DNA of 64,000 nucleotides from Felis catus (Eukaryota): NCBI RefSeq assembly GCF_018350175.1, contig NC_058368.1, positions 134,418,001 through 134,482,000 of the forward strand. Reading direction: 5' to 3'. Positions 38,801-50,519 of the stretch are shown here, one piece after another (position 1 is the first letter of the stretch; each line of letters starts with the position of its first letter). Made by a program: the position numbers and the translations under genes. The notes under the pieces are model-generated. The model made no database searches and was not told the origin of the DNA. It worked only from the letters and a program-made list of their open reading frames with translations.

Positions 38801-39611
38801 ATGAATATGTGATGGGACTATAACTATGTATTCCCTTTGATTGATAAATACTCTCAATTACTATGCGAATCTAACTTTGGTTTTCATTTATAGACTAGCC
38901 CTAGCTTGCCTGGGCTCTCTCAGGACTCAGGCAGGTTGGACCAAACCTGACTGGCCAAGGCTCCAGAGGGCCAAGTAGTCCCTTATAACTGTAGTCATCG
39001 ATAAAGGTTTTGGAACTAGTATCAGTGGATATATACTTGGCTAGTAATTTTCATCCTACTTAATGTCATGCCCCAACCTACTTTAGTCTGACTTTTTGAC
39101 ACTGTCTTGACTCTTCCACTTCACCCCGTACACTATGTGGTTAGAACCTCTTTTAATTAAAGTGAATTAAATTGTGTCATGAGAATTTCATGAAATCTCA
39201 CTTAAGGTCACTAAGAATCCATTTAATTTCTCCAAATCTTGGAATGTTAGCATCAAATTTGTATTTACCCATGATAGATAAATTTTTCAGTGTCTGAAAA
39301 CTTAACCATAGTTCACAGGATACGTTAGCAACTGTTCCAAACAGTTGGTTAGAAACACTTGATGAGCAGGAAGTTGGGGTTGCATATTGGATTTATTGCC
39401 ACTAGTCACTTTATCAAGTATGCCTGCTTCTCCCAGCTAACTCTCTTCAGGCTTTCTAGCTCACTTGAGAGGAAAGATGTGTTGTTCACAGTTCTAGGTC
39501 TGAGAATCAGTTAGTCCTAACACCCTAGTGGATCACCTACAGTAACCAATCCCTTCAAGCTTCTCATTTATTTTTTCTGCTTCCTTTTTAGCATGAGTGA
39601 CTAATCAGGTA

Positions 39612-39954
39612 CAAGTTGACTCTTGAACAATGTGGGGGTTAGGGGCACTGACTCCCACCCCCCCCCCGTTGGGTCAAAACATTTGATTCCCCCAAAACTT
39701 GACTACTGATAGCCTCCTGTTGAACTTCAGAAGCATTATCATTAACATACACAGCCAATGAACACATAATTTATATGTTATGTAAATTATATATAGTATT
39801 CTTAAAATAAAGATAGGTAGAGAAAAGAAAATATTATTAAGAAAATAATAAGGAAAGAAAATACATGTAAAGAGCTGTACTGTATTGATTAAAAAAAAAA
39901 ATCCACATGTAAATGGACCCGGATTGTTCAAACCTATGTTGTTCCAGTCAACTG
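39612..39954. mobile_element. Tigger2-like (TcMar) DNA transposon deletion derivative
   Basis: Terminal inverted repeats CAAGTTGACTCTTGAACAA / TGTTGTTCCAGTCAACTG flanked by TA on both sides. Confidence 0.9.
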
Positions 39955-41448
39955 TAATCATTATTGTAGGTATGTAGATTTAGTGAAAGTGTGTATGCTT
40001 TGAATGTAGCCAACATTTATGGAGACCCGTGTTTTTAAAATCGGGCAAACCTGGAAGACATGAGAGAAAACATGTCTGTGCTAACTGACTTTGTAAACCT
40101 TGAAAATAAGAGAGTCATTTGCCCGCAGCAAATGATAGATTGAATTTCCCCCAAAGCAATGATTTTTATGAAAAGCAGACCTTGTAGAAAATGTTGGGAG
40201 ATGTAGACATTTTTAAGATGTCTCTCCCTTTCCATTTAGGGCTAATATTTTTGGTTTGTTAGGCCTGGATATGTGGGCTTAGATGATTTTCACAAGTAAA
40301 TTAATAGCTGTATTTCAGGTTGATTCCCTTCAAAGATTATTACTCTAACTTAGCCTGTTTACATGTGGAAAGTCATCATTTCATTGTGTTCTTTTAGTGT
40401 TTTGAGAGTATTTTGTTGTTGTTTTTCGTTGTCGTTTTTCAATGAAGACACAAGGCTTGAGCCTCTTTAGAAAGGAGGAATGTACATAAAGACTCCTTTC
40501 ACCATGATGTATGTGGCGACATGAGTTTAAATGTTAGCTTCTCTGTCAATGTCAAAGTTTGAGAACATTTTTTGCTATCTGGGCACCATGATAGGATGGC
40601 ACCCCATCTGTGCTCCACTCTACCCAGTGAGGATTGAAGTGTAGTTAACTAGAATCAAACTAATGAAAAACAGGATTTTGGTGTTGCTGGAATATGTAGA
40701 AAAATGTGGAGTCTAAAAAAATAATTCTCCCGCCAAGACAGCATTGAAGAAACTCGTTATTTTCCATCTGCCTATTTCTTGTTCTCAGGGTGAAGTGAAA
40801 GCAAAGTTTTAAAACTTTTTTCTCTACTGAAAAATAAATATACTTCAGAAAATCCCTATCTAGAGAATAAAGCAATTAAGAACTACCTGACTGTGAGGAT
40901 CTCGCCCCAGCTCGACTGAAAGCAACATTTTCATTGCGTTGCATCAAGACGTGCATGAGAATCAGCCTGCTCTGATCGGCCAACGTGCTGAGTGACTTAA
41001 CATTTCAATAAATAAATAAATATTCAGGCCGTCGTAAAATATCCTCTGTAATTATAAACACGGGAGACTTTATGAGACGCAAGTGGGAGTTAAATGGCTC
41101 CGCAACACAAGGTCTGAGCAGTTGGTGTGCTTTGAAATTGGGAGACCTTGGGAAAATTAAATCTACCAAAAGACCATTACCATTTGTTTCCAAGGCTTGA
41201 TGTTTTTGTAAAATTTTTTCAGCTCTCTAGTTTGGAAATACAAAGGGGTTTGAATTCATTTGATTCTAGCAGCATATGTAGGGTACCATCTAACATTAGG
41301 GCAACTTGAATAATTTTTTGAGCCAAAAGTTTAACTTCTGCTTTAGAAAGTTTAACTTCTACTTTAAAAAAGATATGTAGATGTTATTATTGCCTGCATT
41401 AATGTGGAAATTACTAATTGCTAGTTACTTTATTTTAATTAATTAGAT

Positions 41449-41665
41449 TTAAAAAAATTTTTTTAATGTTTATTTATTTTGAGGCAGAGAAAGACCGAGT
41501 ACAAGCAGGAGAGGGGCAGAGAGAGAGGGAGACACAGAATCCAAAGCAGGCTCCAGGCTCCAAGCTGTCAGCACAGAGAATGACGTGGGGCTCGAACTCA
41601 CAAACCGTGAGATCATGACCTGAGTCGAAGTCGGACACTTAACTGACTGAGCCACCCAGGCGTCC
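41449..41665 (-). mobile_element. Can-SINE (felid type)
   Basis: TSD TAATTAATTAGAT at 41436-41448 and 41666-41678. Confidence 0.96.
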
Positions 41666-41810
41666 TAATTAATTAGATATTTAAACACTGGCTGCATGTG
41701 CCTAGTCCAAGGCTATGTAGTATTGGAAAAATTAACATTATATATGTTGCCTGATCTATGCTTCCTGGGAAGCAAGATTTTGGAAATAGTTTGATATGGA
41801 AACACTTTTT

Positions 41811-42033
41811 AAAACATTTTTTTAAATGTTTGTTCATTTTTGAGAGAGAGTGACAGAGACAGAGACAGAGCAGGAGTGGGGGAGAGGCAGAGAGGGAGAC
41901 TCAGAATCTGAAGCAGGATCCAGGCTCTGAGCTGTCAGCACAGAGTCTGACACAGGGCTCAAACCCACAAACCGTGAGATCGTGACCTGTGCTGAAGTCA
42001 GACACTTAACCGATTGAGCCACCCAGGCGCCCC
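41811..42033 (-). mobile_element. Can-SINE (felid type)
   Basis: TSD AACACTTTTT at 41801-41810 and 42034-42043. Confidence 0.96.
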
Positions 42034-42531
42034 AACACTTTTTTATGTAAAGCACTAGATAGTATTTATTCAAGTCCCAAACTGATTTTGACCAAGTTCT
42101 ACAATGTGATACAGAGAAAGCAATAGTTAGCAATCAAGAGGTTTATGTTGTAAGAAATATTTAGGTAGGCAATATAGATGATTTAAGAATATTTATAGGT
42201 CCAGAAAAATTGGTAGAACTTTGGTAGGTAGAGATGGCCAGAGCAGAGATGCACGGTAAATAGCAGAGAACTACCAGTGAATTTATGAATTATATCCCTG
42301 ATTACCTTTTTCAAAGCATGTACGTATCATGTGTCTGACATTAGTGAAGTTAATGAATCAGTTAGTATCTCTCGATGATTGCTAAATAGTAGACTATTCC
42401 TTTCTTGATATGTGTATTATCCTAATGGTTGGCTTGCTCAATAAGCAGCTGTTTTTCTCACCAAGGGCTGTTAACACACGTAGGTGATAGTGCATGCTTT
42501 ACCACTACACTAGCTCTCTGTGTACTTTTGA

Positions 42532-42915
42532 CAGGATCAGCTACCTGATCTGTGAGGTCCTGTGCAAAGTGAAAGTGGGGTCTTCCTGGTCAAAAATTAG
42601 CATTAAGAATTTCAGGATCATGACAGGATGAAACCAAACCCAGCCCTTCCTCCTCCTCCTCCTCCTCCTCCTCCTCCTCCTCCTCCTCCTCCTCCTTCTC
42701 CTCTTCCTCCTCCTCCTCCTCTTCTTCTTCTTCTTCTTCTTCTTCTTCTTCTTCTTCTTCTTCTTCTTCTTCTTCTTCTTTTTCTTCTTCTTCTTCTTCT
42801 TCTTCTTCTTCTAAAGTTTATTTATTTATTTATTGTATGTAATTTATTGTCCAGGCCTTCTAAGTAAGGGGCCCTGTGCACCTGCACAAGTCACACACCC
42901 AAGAAGCCAGACCAG
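42532..42915. mobile_element. MER45A-like hAT-Tip100 DNA transposon, split by a microsatellite insertion
   Basis: GTGCAAAGTGAAAGTGGGG...ATTAAGAATTTCAGGAT left half; CCTTCTAAGTAAGGGGCCCTGTGCACCTGCACAAGTCACACACCCAAGAAGCC right half. Confidence 0.8.
42644..42812. repeat. Compound (CCT)n(CTT)n trinucleotide repeat, 169-bp pure pyrimidine tract
   Basis: Direct reading; (CTT)20 at 42721-42780, then TTT, then (CTT)9. Confidence 0.97.
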
Positions 42916-43239
42916 CCAATGGGGACAGCCAGAGAAGGTGGATGAACTCTGCTTAGTGCAGAACCTTCTAGCCTAGGACACCCTGTACCAAATGTGCTCA
43001 TCATGGCTGAGCAACCATTTACTAGTCATCAATCCTGACTAGTATATAGATAGAGCTATAAAGTGACACCAGGTGTGTAACTTGGTGTAATATTTATTTA
43101 ACATTATATTCGCACAGACATGTATGTAAATAAATATGTAGAACAGAGTTCTGAAAACTTCTGGTATGGCAGCCTTGGGCAAATTAACTAGAATAAGATC
43201 AACTGTCACTATCCATAAATCATATTGTATGTCATGTTA

Positions 43240-43365
43240 TATACATCATTCCACAAATACTCTCTCAGCACCCACTTTGTGCTAGATGATTTTCATGGTG
43301 TTAAGGATACAGCAGAGAACAGACTAAACATAATCCCTGCTCTCAGAGAGCTTTTATACTATTGA
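43240..43365 (-). mobile_element. L2 3' end fragment
   Basis: CATTCCACAAATAC...AGCACCCACTTTGTGCTAG...TCCCTGCTCTCAGAGAGCTT. Confidence 0.7.
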
Positions 43366-44669
43366 GTTTCTGAAATTTTGACTAATTTGCTCAGGCTTTA
43401 CTTTGTATTTTTGCTTTCATGTTGAAAAACCCCTGGTTTTCTGGCTTTATTAAGACCAGAAGCTATTCTTGTCACTATTTAGAACTGAGAAGAACCAGGA
43501 CTCTCTGGAAAAGAATGCGTGGAAAGTCTGCCCTTGAGAGATTTCCAAGCTGAGGACACTCCTCAGAGCACTTCCCATGAGTCCAAAAGGCTCATTTACT
43601 TCCAGAGATTCCTGGGAAAGAAGACAGCCCCCTTATCTTTGGTCAGAGGACACTTACCATAATCCTGAGTGACAAAGGGTTGCCCTGAATGTCAACTGCA
43701 TCCATCTTAGAGAAATCAACAACCCTTGCTTGTCACCCTTTCAAAGAATTTCCTGGTCTGGTTTGGCCTTTCTATGCCACATTCCATTCCAGAACCCCAG
43801 CTGAAATGTTCTCAAGGGCTGACCAGAGATTCCTCCTCCTTTCTCTGTGTTGGTACAACTTGACCGCTGCTTGACATCAAGGTCAACTGGAGATTGGGAA
43901 CAGTTATGTAACTGCATTGTAAATTGAATTAGTGCTGTACATGAGCCCAGACCATGTAACCAGGGCAGCTCAAGGCAAGTGCAGCAACATGTCCCCAGGA
44001 GACAGCATCGACAGCATCGCAGGAACTGCTTGCTGCTGAAAGGAAATCATGTATCACAGGAGAAAAAGAACACAACCCATCTCGCTCCAGTCCCTTCACA
44101 GCCTGGGCAGGCTGCTGCCCTGTCACGTGGGGAGGAAGACAGAGGCATTAAGCGCAAAGGGAGGTTGTGTATGGTGTCAGCCTGGCGGCTGGGCACTGAC
44201 CGTAGCATGCATATGATACACATTCTTAGACTGAGAAAAAGAAGTTATTTTTTAATGTCAGAAAGGACACCACCCATAGACAGGAAAAAAAGGCTTACAC
44301 GTGTGGAGGAAAGAAGCCTCTGGCAATCTTCTGTGCATTGGAGGATGGACAAGAGATTTTGTAGGACCATCCTCCTTCTGCTGGTGACCAGTTGTTTGGG
44401 GGAGAATATGTGCACACAGGTCTTAATGGCTAGAGATGAAACATTTTTGGACACCTTTGATGACCTGGGGACATTCTCCCCCAAAGTGAGATGTCATGCT
44501 GGAGAGAGGGAAAAATAGTAGGTAGGTTTTCTTTACTGGCAAATGAATACAGAGGTAACTTTGGTGGGGGCGGGGGATGAGAAAGTACCAGGATCTTATC
44601 ATGACCCTGGTATATGCTAACATGACCATCTTTAAAAGAAGGTGAGGAGAGGCAGAATAATGTAAGGCT

Positions 44670-45055
44670 GAAAGCTTGGCCTGTGTAGTCCAGATGGGAC
44701 CTGAGCACAGCTTTATCTCATACTAAGTGCTTGATGTGAGGCCAGGTTCTTAAACCTCTTCCACATCTGCAAAAGGGAATTGTTACAGTACTGACCTCAA
44801 AGGGCTTTTGTGAAATTAAATAAAGTCGCACAAGATAGTATCTGAAAATTAGTAGCATGAGGACTTGCATATACTAACTATAATAGCTAATAGTTACTGG
44901 ATGTACTAAGTGGTTTCCACATATAACCCATTTATTTTTCATAATAATCTTATGAAAGGCTGAGAAGTTTAGCAAATTGCCCCAGGTTGCATATCTAGGA
45001 AGTGGCTGATGCAGGATGTGAAGCCAAGGCAGTTGGCTCTAGCATTCTTGCTCTA
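44670..45055. mobile_element. Two adjacent MIR fragments in opposite orientation
   Basis: CATCTGCAAAAGGGAATTGTTACAGTACTGACCTCA (+); GCCCCAGGTTGCATATCTAGGAAGTGGC...GGATGTGAAGCCAAGGCAG (-). Confidence 0.65.
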
Positions 45056-45193
45056 ATATAGGGTTGTGTTAATGAAGGGATTAGGGCTTGCGAAGGGGCA
45101 GAAGGGGCAAGGTGGGAACAGAATAAGACAAGCCCATAACTCTACGAATCATAAGTGTGAAGACAAATTGATTAAAATGACTCCTGAAATGAT

Positions 45194-45405
45194 GGGGCGT
45201 CTGGGTGGCTCAGTCGGTTAAGCGTCCTACTCTTGACTTCGGCTCAGGTCATGATCTCACAGTTCGTGAGTTCGGGCCCCGCATTGGGCTTTCCACTGAC
45301 AGTGCAGAACCTACTTGGGATTCTATCTCCCTCTGTCTCTCCCCCACTTGCCCTCTAGCTCTCTCTTAAAATAAATAAAAGAAAAACTTTAAAAAATAAT
45401 AAAAT
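45194..45405 (+). mobile_element. Can-SINE
   Basis: GGGGCGTCTGGGTGGCTCAGTCGGTTAAGCG head; degenerate TSD AAAATGACTCCTGAAATGA / AAAATAGCTCTTGAAATGA. Confidence 0.95.
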
Positions 45406-45719
45406 AAAATAGCTCTTGAAATGAGTGAACATTGATTATAAGGGCCAGTCTCCTTTACTGGTTATTCTTTTGTGAGTCCATTACATGGTTATGACTCTCA
45501 TGGTTCCATTTTTAGCCCCTTCTGTTCTCCACCTGTATACTTTGCCTGAGTGAGCATTCTATCCACATTTCTGCCTCCAAAACATTTCCATATGCCTACT
45601 AGTTATATTGCCTCTTATCTTCCCTCCTCAGATGTATCCTCCTCTCATGCTTGTACCTCTAACAAATGCCTGGATACCTAACAGGTATCTGTGACTACCT
45701 AACAGAACCTCGCTGAGTT

Positions 45720-46570
45720 TCCCACCAGCAGTGAGGGGAGCATGACCACCATTTTTGAAGATCCTCACCAGCCCTGAAATGTTTTTGCCATGCGGTAGGT
45801 GGGAAATGGCATTTGACTTCTTTCTTTGGCAACTTCCTGACTGCTAACAAGATCACAGCCTGTCAGTTACGTACATTTCCTTCTCTGCCCTTCGGATCCA
45901 TAGAGTGTTTGTCTTTTCTTCATTTTAAGAGACTTTTTTGGCATATTAAGAAAATAAAGATATTGTTTCACAAATACTTTTGTATATTATGGATCTTAAG
46001 GTAATTGTGTAACAAATACATTTCCCAGTATATTTTAAATTTTGCTTATGTCTTTTCCTACAACATGTTTAAAAATTTTTTTTTTAACTTTTATTTATTT
46101 TTGAGAGTCAGAGATAGGGCGTTAAGCAGGGGAGGGGCAGAGAGAGGGAGACACAGAATCCGAAACAGGCTACAGGTTCTGAGCTGTCAGCACAGAGCCT
46201 GACACGGGTCTCAAACCCACAAACCATGAGATCTTGACCTGAGCCGAAGTTAGACGCTTGACCGACTGAGCCACCCAGGCACCTCTCATTTTTAAAATTT
46301 AGATACATAGTCTGTCTGGTGTTTATGTGTGGTATCTTTTATTTATCCCATTTTTTCCCCTTCTAGATATTTCAGCAGTAGTCATTACGTATATGCTAAC
46401 TTCAGCCATGAATTGAAATGTCATCTTTGCCATATATTAAGTTCCCATGAGTACTTGGATCTGTTTTGTCCTCCCTATTCAGTTCCATTATTACATATCT
46501 TTTTGGGTGCTATTATGATAGGTATATATGTACAACAAATACTAAGTTTTATTATCTGGAAAGGCAAGTA
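45720..46570 (-). mobile_element. Very old LINE-1 remnant hosting a SINE
   Basis: CCCACCAGCAGTG, CATTAAGAAAATAA, TATATTAAGTTCCCAT...TATTCAGTTCCATT. Confidence 0.5.
46079..46285 (-). mobile_element. Can-SINE (felid type)
   Basis: GAGACACAGAATCCGAAACAGGCT...GAGCTGTCAGCACAGAG...CTGAGCCACCCAGGCACC. Confidence 0.95.
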
Positions 46571-46754
46571 CCCCAGAGGTATTTAGTTGCCTGTGTCTAT
46601 TTCCACCAGAATCATTGTGCTGGAGACATTCCCTCCGAGTGTGTGCCAAGGTGGCAGTGTTCTCTCTGTGAGCGTGATCAGGGGATGTTCTTTTGCCTTA
46701 TCCCTGGAAAAAGACAAAATGACACAATATATAGTAATTTTAGGGGGCCATATT

Positions 46755-47000
46755 CATTGTAGTTCGGTGCATGAACTCTGGAGTCAGATTGCCCAGGTTT
46801 GCACCCCCACACCAGCACCGATTAGCTCTGTGCCCTTAGACAAGTCCCTGATCTTATCCAACCTCAGTGTTCCTTATTACAGAAAGGGAGAGCATAATGG
46901 TACTTAACTAGCTAGGCTTTTAGTTAAGATTAGATGAGTTACTATGAGTGAAAGTCTTTAGCACAGTACTTGGCAAATAGTCAGTGCTCCATCCGTGTTG
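46755..47000 (+). mobile_element. MIR SINE
   Basis: CTCTGGAGTCAGATTGCCCAGGTTTG...AGCTCTGTGCCCTTAGACAAGTC...CCTCAGTGTTCCTT...TTAGCACAGTACTTGGCA. Confidence 0.85.
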
Positions 47001-47089
47001 ACTGCCTTGTTGATTATTCTGCCCTTCACTCTGCCAGGGATACAGCAGTGGCAGGCAAGACCACTGCTCTCGTGGATCTTCCATGAACC

Positions 47090-47365
47090 AAGAAAATAAA
47101 CAAGACAAGTGCAGATTGTGGAAGTCCTCTGGAGGAAATAAATGGCAATGTAATAGTGACTGAGAAAATGTGTCTCTGGGGAGGTGACACTGAAGCTGCC
47201 ACTGGACAAATGAGCGGCCAACAGGAAGAGAGTACCCGGAGGAGGAAAAGTAGGTGAAAAGTCCCTGAAGCAAAAAGGAGCTCACTGTGTTCCAGAAACA
47301 AAATGAAAGCTGGACTGGCTTGACAATAGTAGTGGGGGCCTTGGCTAGACTGGAGCCAGGCTTGT
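47090..47365 (-). mobile_element. L2 fragment
   Basis: TCTCTGGGGAGGTGACACTGAAGCTG, AAAGTCCCTGAAGCA...GTGTTCCAGAAAC. Confidence 0.6.
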
Positions 47366-47926
47366 CTAGTTCTGGTGAGTAGAGGAAGGCAACACCCATT
47401 GCCCACAACTCTGTTTTAATCCACTGGTTTACCCCGGGCCTAAGGAGCATCCTGGAATCGAAGCCTGTTCACCATTAGAGTTCAGACATCCAATGTGTCA
47501 ACCAGATAGAGGTGGCCCCAACAAGGGAAGACAATGTCAAAAAGTGAACCCAAATCAGAAAACAGTCCAAGCACTGCAGGAAAGTGAAGGTTCTAGGTTA
47601 ATGATAAAGGACACCAGAAGTCATCCTGACCCAGTGTTGTGTTGTGTTGTGTCTGCTTGCCTGGAATAAAGGTGCACTGGAAGAAAGGTAGCATTAAATA
47701 CCGTGGCATATCGGGATCCAAACATCGCTCTCTAGGGATCCCACGCCAGCACCAACCTGAGCTTAAAACTGGAGTGTCTCCATCACAGTCTGCAAGAACA
47801 GTGGCAAGATCTCCAACCTGGAGGCACAGCTGTCATCTTCGGGTTTCACCACATTGGGCACCATGGATTTGCAGCTCAGGGGAAGCATCTGTCACGATAA
47901 GAACACAGTTTTAAAAATAAAGGTTT

Positions 47927-48100
47927 GGGGCATGAGGGTGGTTTAGTCAGTGAAGCGTCTGACTTCAGCGTCGGGCTCTGTGCTGACAGCTCAGAGCCTG
48001 GAGCCTGCTTCAGATTCTGTGTCTCCCTCTTTCTCTGCCCTCGCCCCCCAACTCATGTGTGTGTGCTCTCTCTCTCAAAAATCAATAAACATAAAAATAA

Positions 48101-48140
<40 letters not shown>
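47927..48140 (+). mobile_element. Can-SINE with internal deletion and (TAAA)n tail
   Basis: Head GGGGCATGAGGGTGGTTTAG jumps from GACTTCAGC directly to GTCGGGCTCTGTGCTGACAGCTCAG. Confidence 0.92.
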
Positions 48141-48143
<3 letters not shown>

Positions 48144-50519
48144 AGTTTTAACTTGAGATATCAAGAACACTGGTTGTTTCTGGCCAGTATTTGCAAGAAA
48201 TGGCAAAGTCTAATTTAGGCACATATGAGTGCATCCCCAGAGATTCCTGGAAATATGTAGAGAGGGTTCTGTTAGACTGGTGTTCTCCATGAAGCAGGTG
48301 GGAATTTGACCATACGCATTTGTATACTGATGTTAGAGTGGTCCCATTACAGACAATGTAAAATGTATCTGTATGTTCACAGTTGAGCTGAGAATCATTT
48401 TGGTGAGATGAAAACTGTCAGGCCATCTCATTTTCCTTTGAAAACACGGGAGTTTTTAAATCTCACCTTCATTTTGTTTCCTTATTGGTCTTCCTAGAAA
48501 GTAATCATGAGAAAACCAAGGTTGATATTTAAAAAATAGACCAGAAGCATAGGAGGTGTACTCTCAGCGTTTTATCTGAATTACACGGGGATGGCCTACT
48601 GGGTGCCCCACAGAATGGGTATTCTCCTTTGCTCTATAGAAACCTTCCCAACCCTTCACCCAACTCCTACACTTGGTTTGTTATACTAAACCTAAGAGGA
48701 ATTTAACATATCTGGCATGGCATAGAGATGTACTTTATTGCTAAAATTGCTTCTCTGGCATCGTTTACCAGTTATGCTTGACCCCAAGAGCTCAAGAAGT
48801 ATGCTTTCCCTCATATTCAAGCACACATATCGATGATTATTAGATTGGATTATTTGAGTTTTGAGGGCTGAGGACTGCTTAGTTCGTCTTGGTCAAGTAA
48901 TGTTTGCTGAATAAATGGATTCATTTTATACACTACATTGTATCTACAAATCCCTTCCATTATCTCTTCATTGTCTTTTTTTTGACCTTCTCAAATACCA
49001 GGTAAGAATGGAAGACAAACAAGTATTATTTTTAACAGATGAATAAAACTCACCTTAGAAAGGTTAAGGGACATGCTCAAAATCTTGCTCCTAGGAAATG
49101 ACAGAACCAGACATTGGATTCATATTTTCTGTTGCAAAAGTCTCTATTTTTCCCATAGAGTTCAGATGTTTGTTATCTACCCAACGAAAGTGACCACCAT
49201 CATTTGCTGAAATATCCTGAGCTCCTCCTTGCAGCGTGCACGGATATTTATATTTTATTCTCAACTTCTCATCTTCTTGCTCCTTTCCAAACATGAACAC
49301 TATGCTGACCACTAAACATGACATAACAAGAAGAGCTCACAGGTGGAAATAGGGAGATTCAGGCTCTTCTATAGGGCCTGCACCAGTGCCAAAAATAAAG
49401 TACAGGATGTATTATTTCTCTGGGAGGAGCTTACAATCTAATCTCATTGTTTGCGGAACTAACGAAGCAAACTCCCCTTGAGTTGCCTGAAATGCTGGCC
49501 AGTTCAGTGGCTCTCCAAGGGTAGATGGCAGTCCAAGGGAGCTATGGCACTCTCAGACTGTGTTTTGTCATCTGGGAATGCCTCAGTTCCTAAATTGAAC
49601 TGAATCTATGAATTTGCAATTGTCTCATGCATTTCCTTACTGTCTCCCCTTCTGCCCTGGTTTGGTCTTTTCCCCAGTCTGTAGACCCTTCATGGCTCTA
49701 GAAAGACAACCTTCTGTAAAGACCTGGATCCCCCATCAATGCGCTGAAATCTGGACCCTACAGATTTCAATCCTGAAGCAAGTGGGAAAACCACGGAGAC
49801 ATGTTGAATGTTGCATTACCACCTGAGGCAAATTTTCTTTTTGAAAAATTTCAACAGGGATTGAATGTCCATCTACAGCGTAATTGGACAACAGCTTTCC
49901 TCTTTCTCTGCAGGTTCCTGCCAGGACTTCAAACAATGAGTAAGGCAGGTCACTGCCAGGTTTGCACGATGAATTTGGGAGGAAGTAGGAAAAGGGGAAG
50001 AAAGGCCAAGTCTTATAAGGTGTGATTTAATTTTAAAAATGCTTATGCTGCTCTTTATAAGAATATCCATTTAACTGGATTTCTTTCTTGCTGACAAAAG
50101 AGGCAACTGCTGTATATAAAATAAATCTGATTAAAACTCTTTCTCTGTTCCTTTCAAGGTAAAGGGTGCAGAGCCCAGGAACAGAACACATTTGGATTCC
50201 TGGCGTGTGCAAATGATTGTTTATGGGATGTCTGGTGCCAGGACCCACAGAAGGCTCTTGTACGGCCCTGTAAAAGTAGAGGGAATGGAAAGCTTTTCCT
50301 TAGGCATAAAAAGTTTAGTTTATTTCTCATTCTCTTTCACAGTGGTAGCTATTACTTTGTAATTTTGTTGGCATTTTGTTGGCAGCCCAAAACGACAGAA
50401 ATCATATCCCTTGCTTACAGTGTGCAGTTCTGATTCATTTTGTTTAGCCCAAGTCACCACATATAATAAAGGCAGCAGCTGCTAGGCCTTATGCATAGGT
50501 CTAAGCTGGAGCAAGTTCC

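Noticed and set aside
41326..41367. 21-bp tandem duplication (similar small duplications at 14166-14197, 22909-22983, 44001-44019, 50362-50384)
   Set aside because: Ordinary two-copy slippage duplications; no array or CRISPR-like periodicity
42628..42867. Poly-Pro/poly-Leu ORF
   Set aside because: Reading frame of the (CCT)n(CTT)n microsatellite
43979..44518. Longest ORF in the window (179 aa, plus strand)
   Set aside because: Non-ATG start, no recognisable domain; a length reachable by chance in 64 kb
46920..47450. 176-aa minus-strand ORF
   Set aside because: Runs through L2 and MIR remnants
48975..49010. CAG|GTAAGA recursive-splice-like motif (also at about 52880)
   Set aside because: Both lie in MIR-like sequence and are explicable as decayed MIR core
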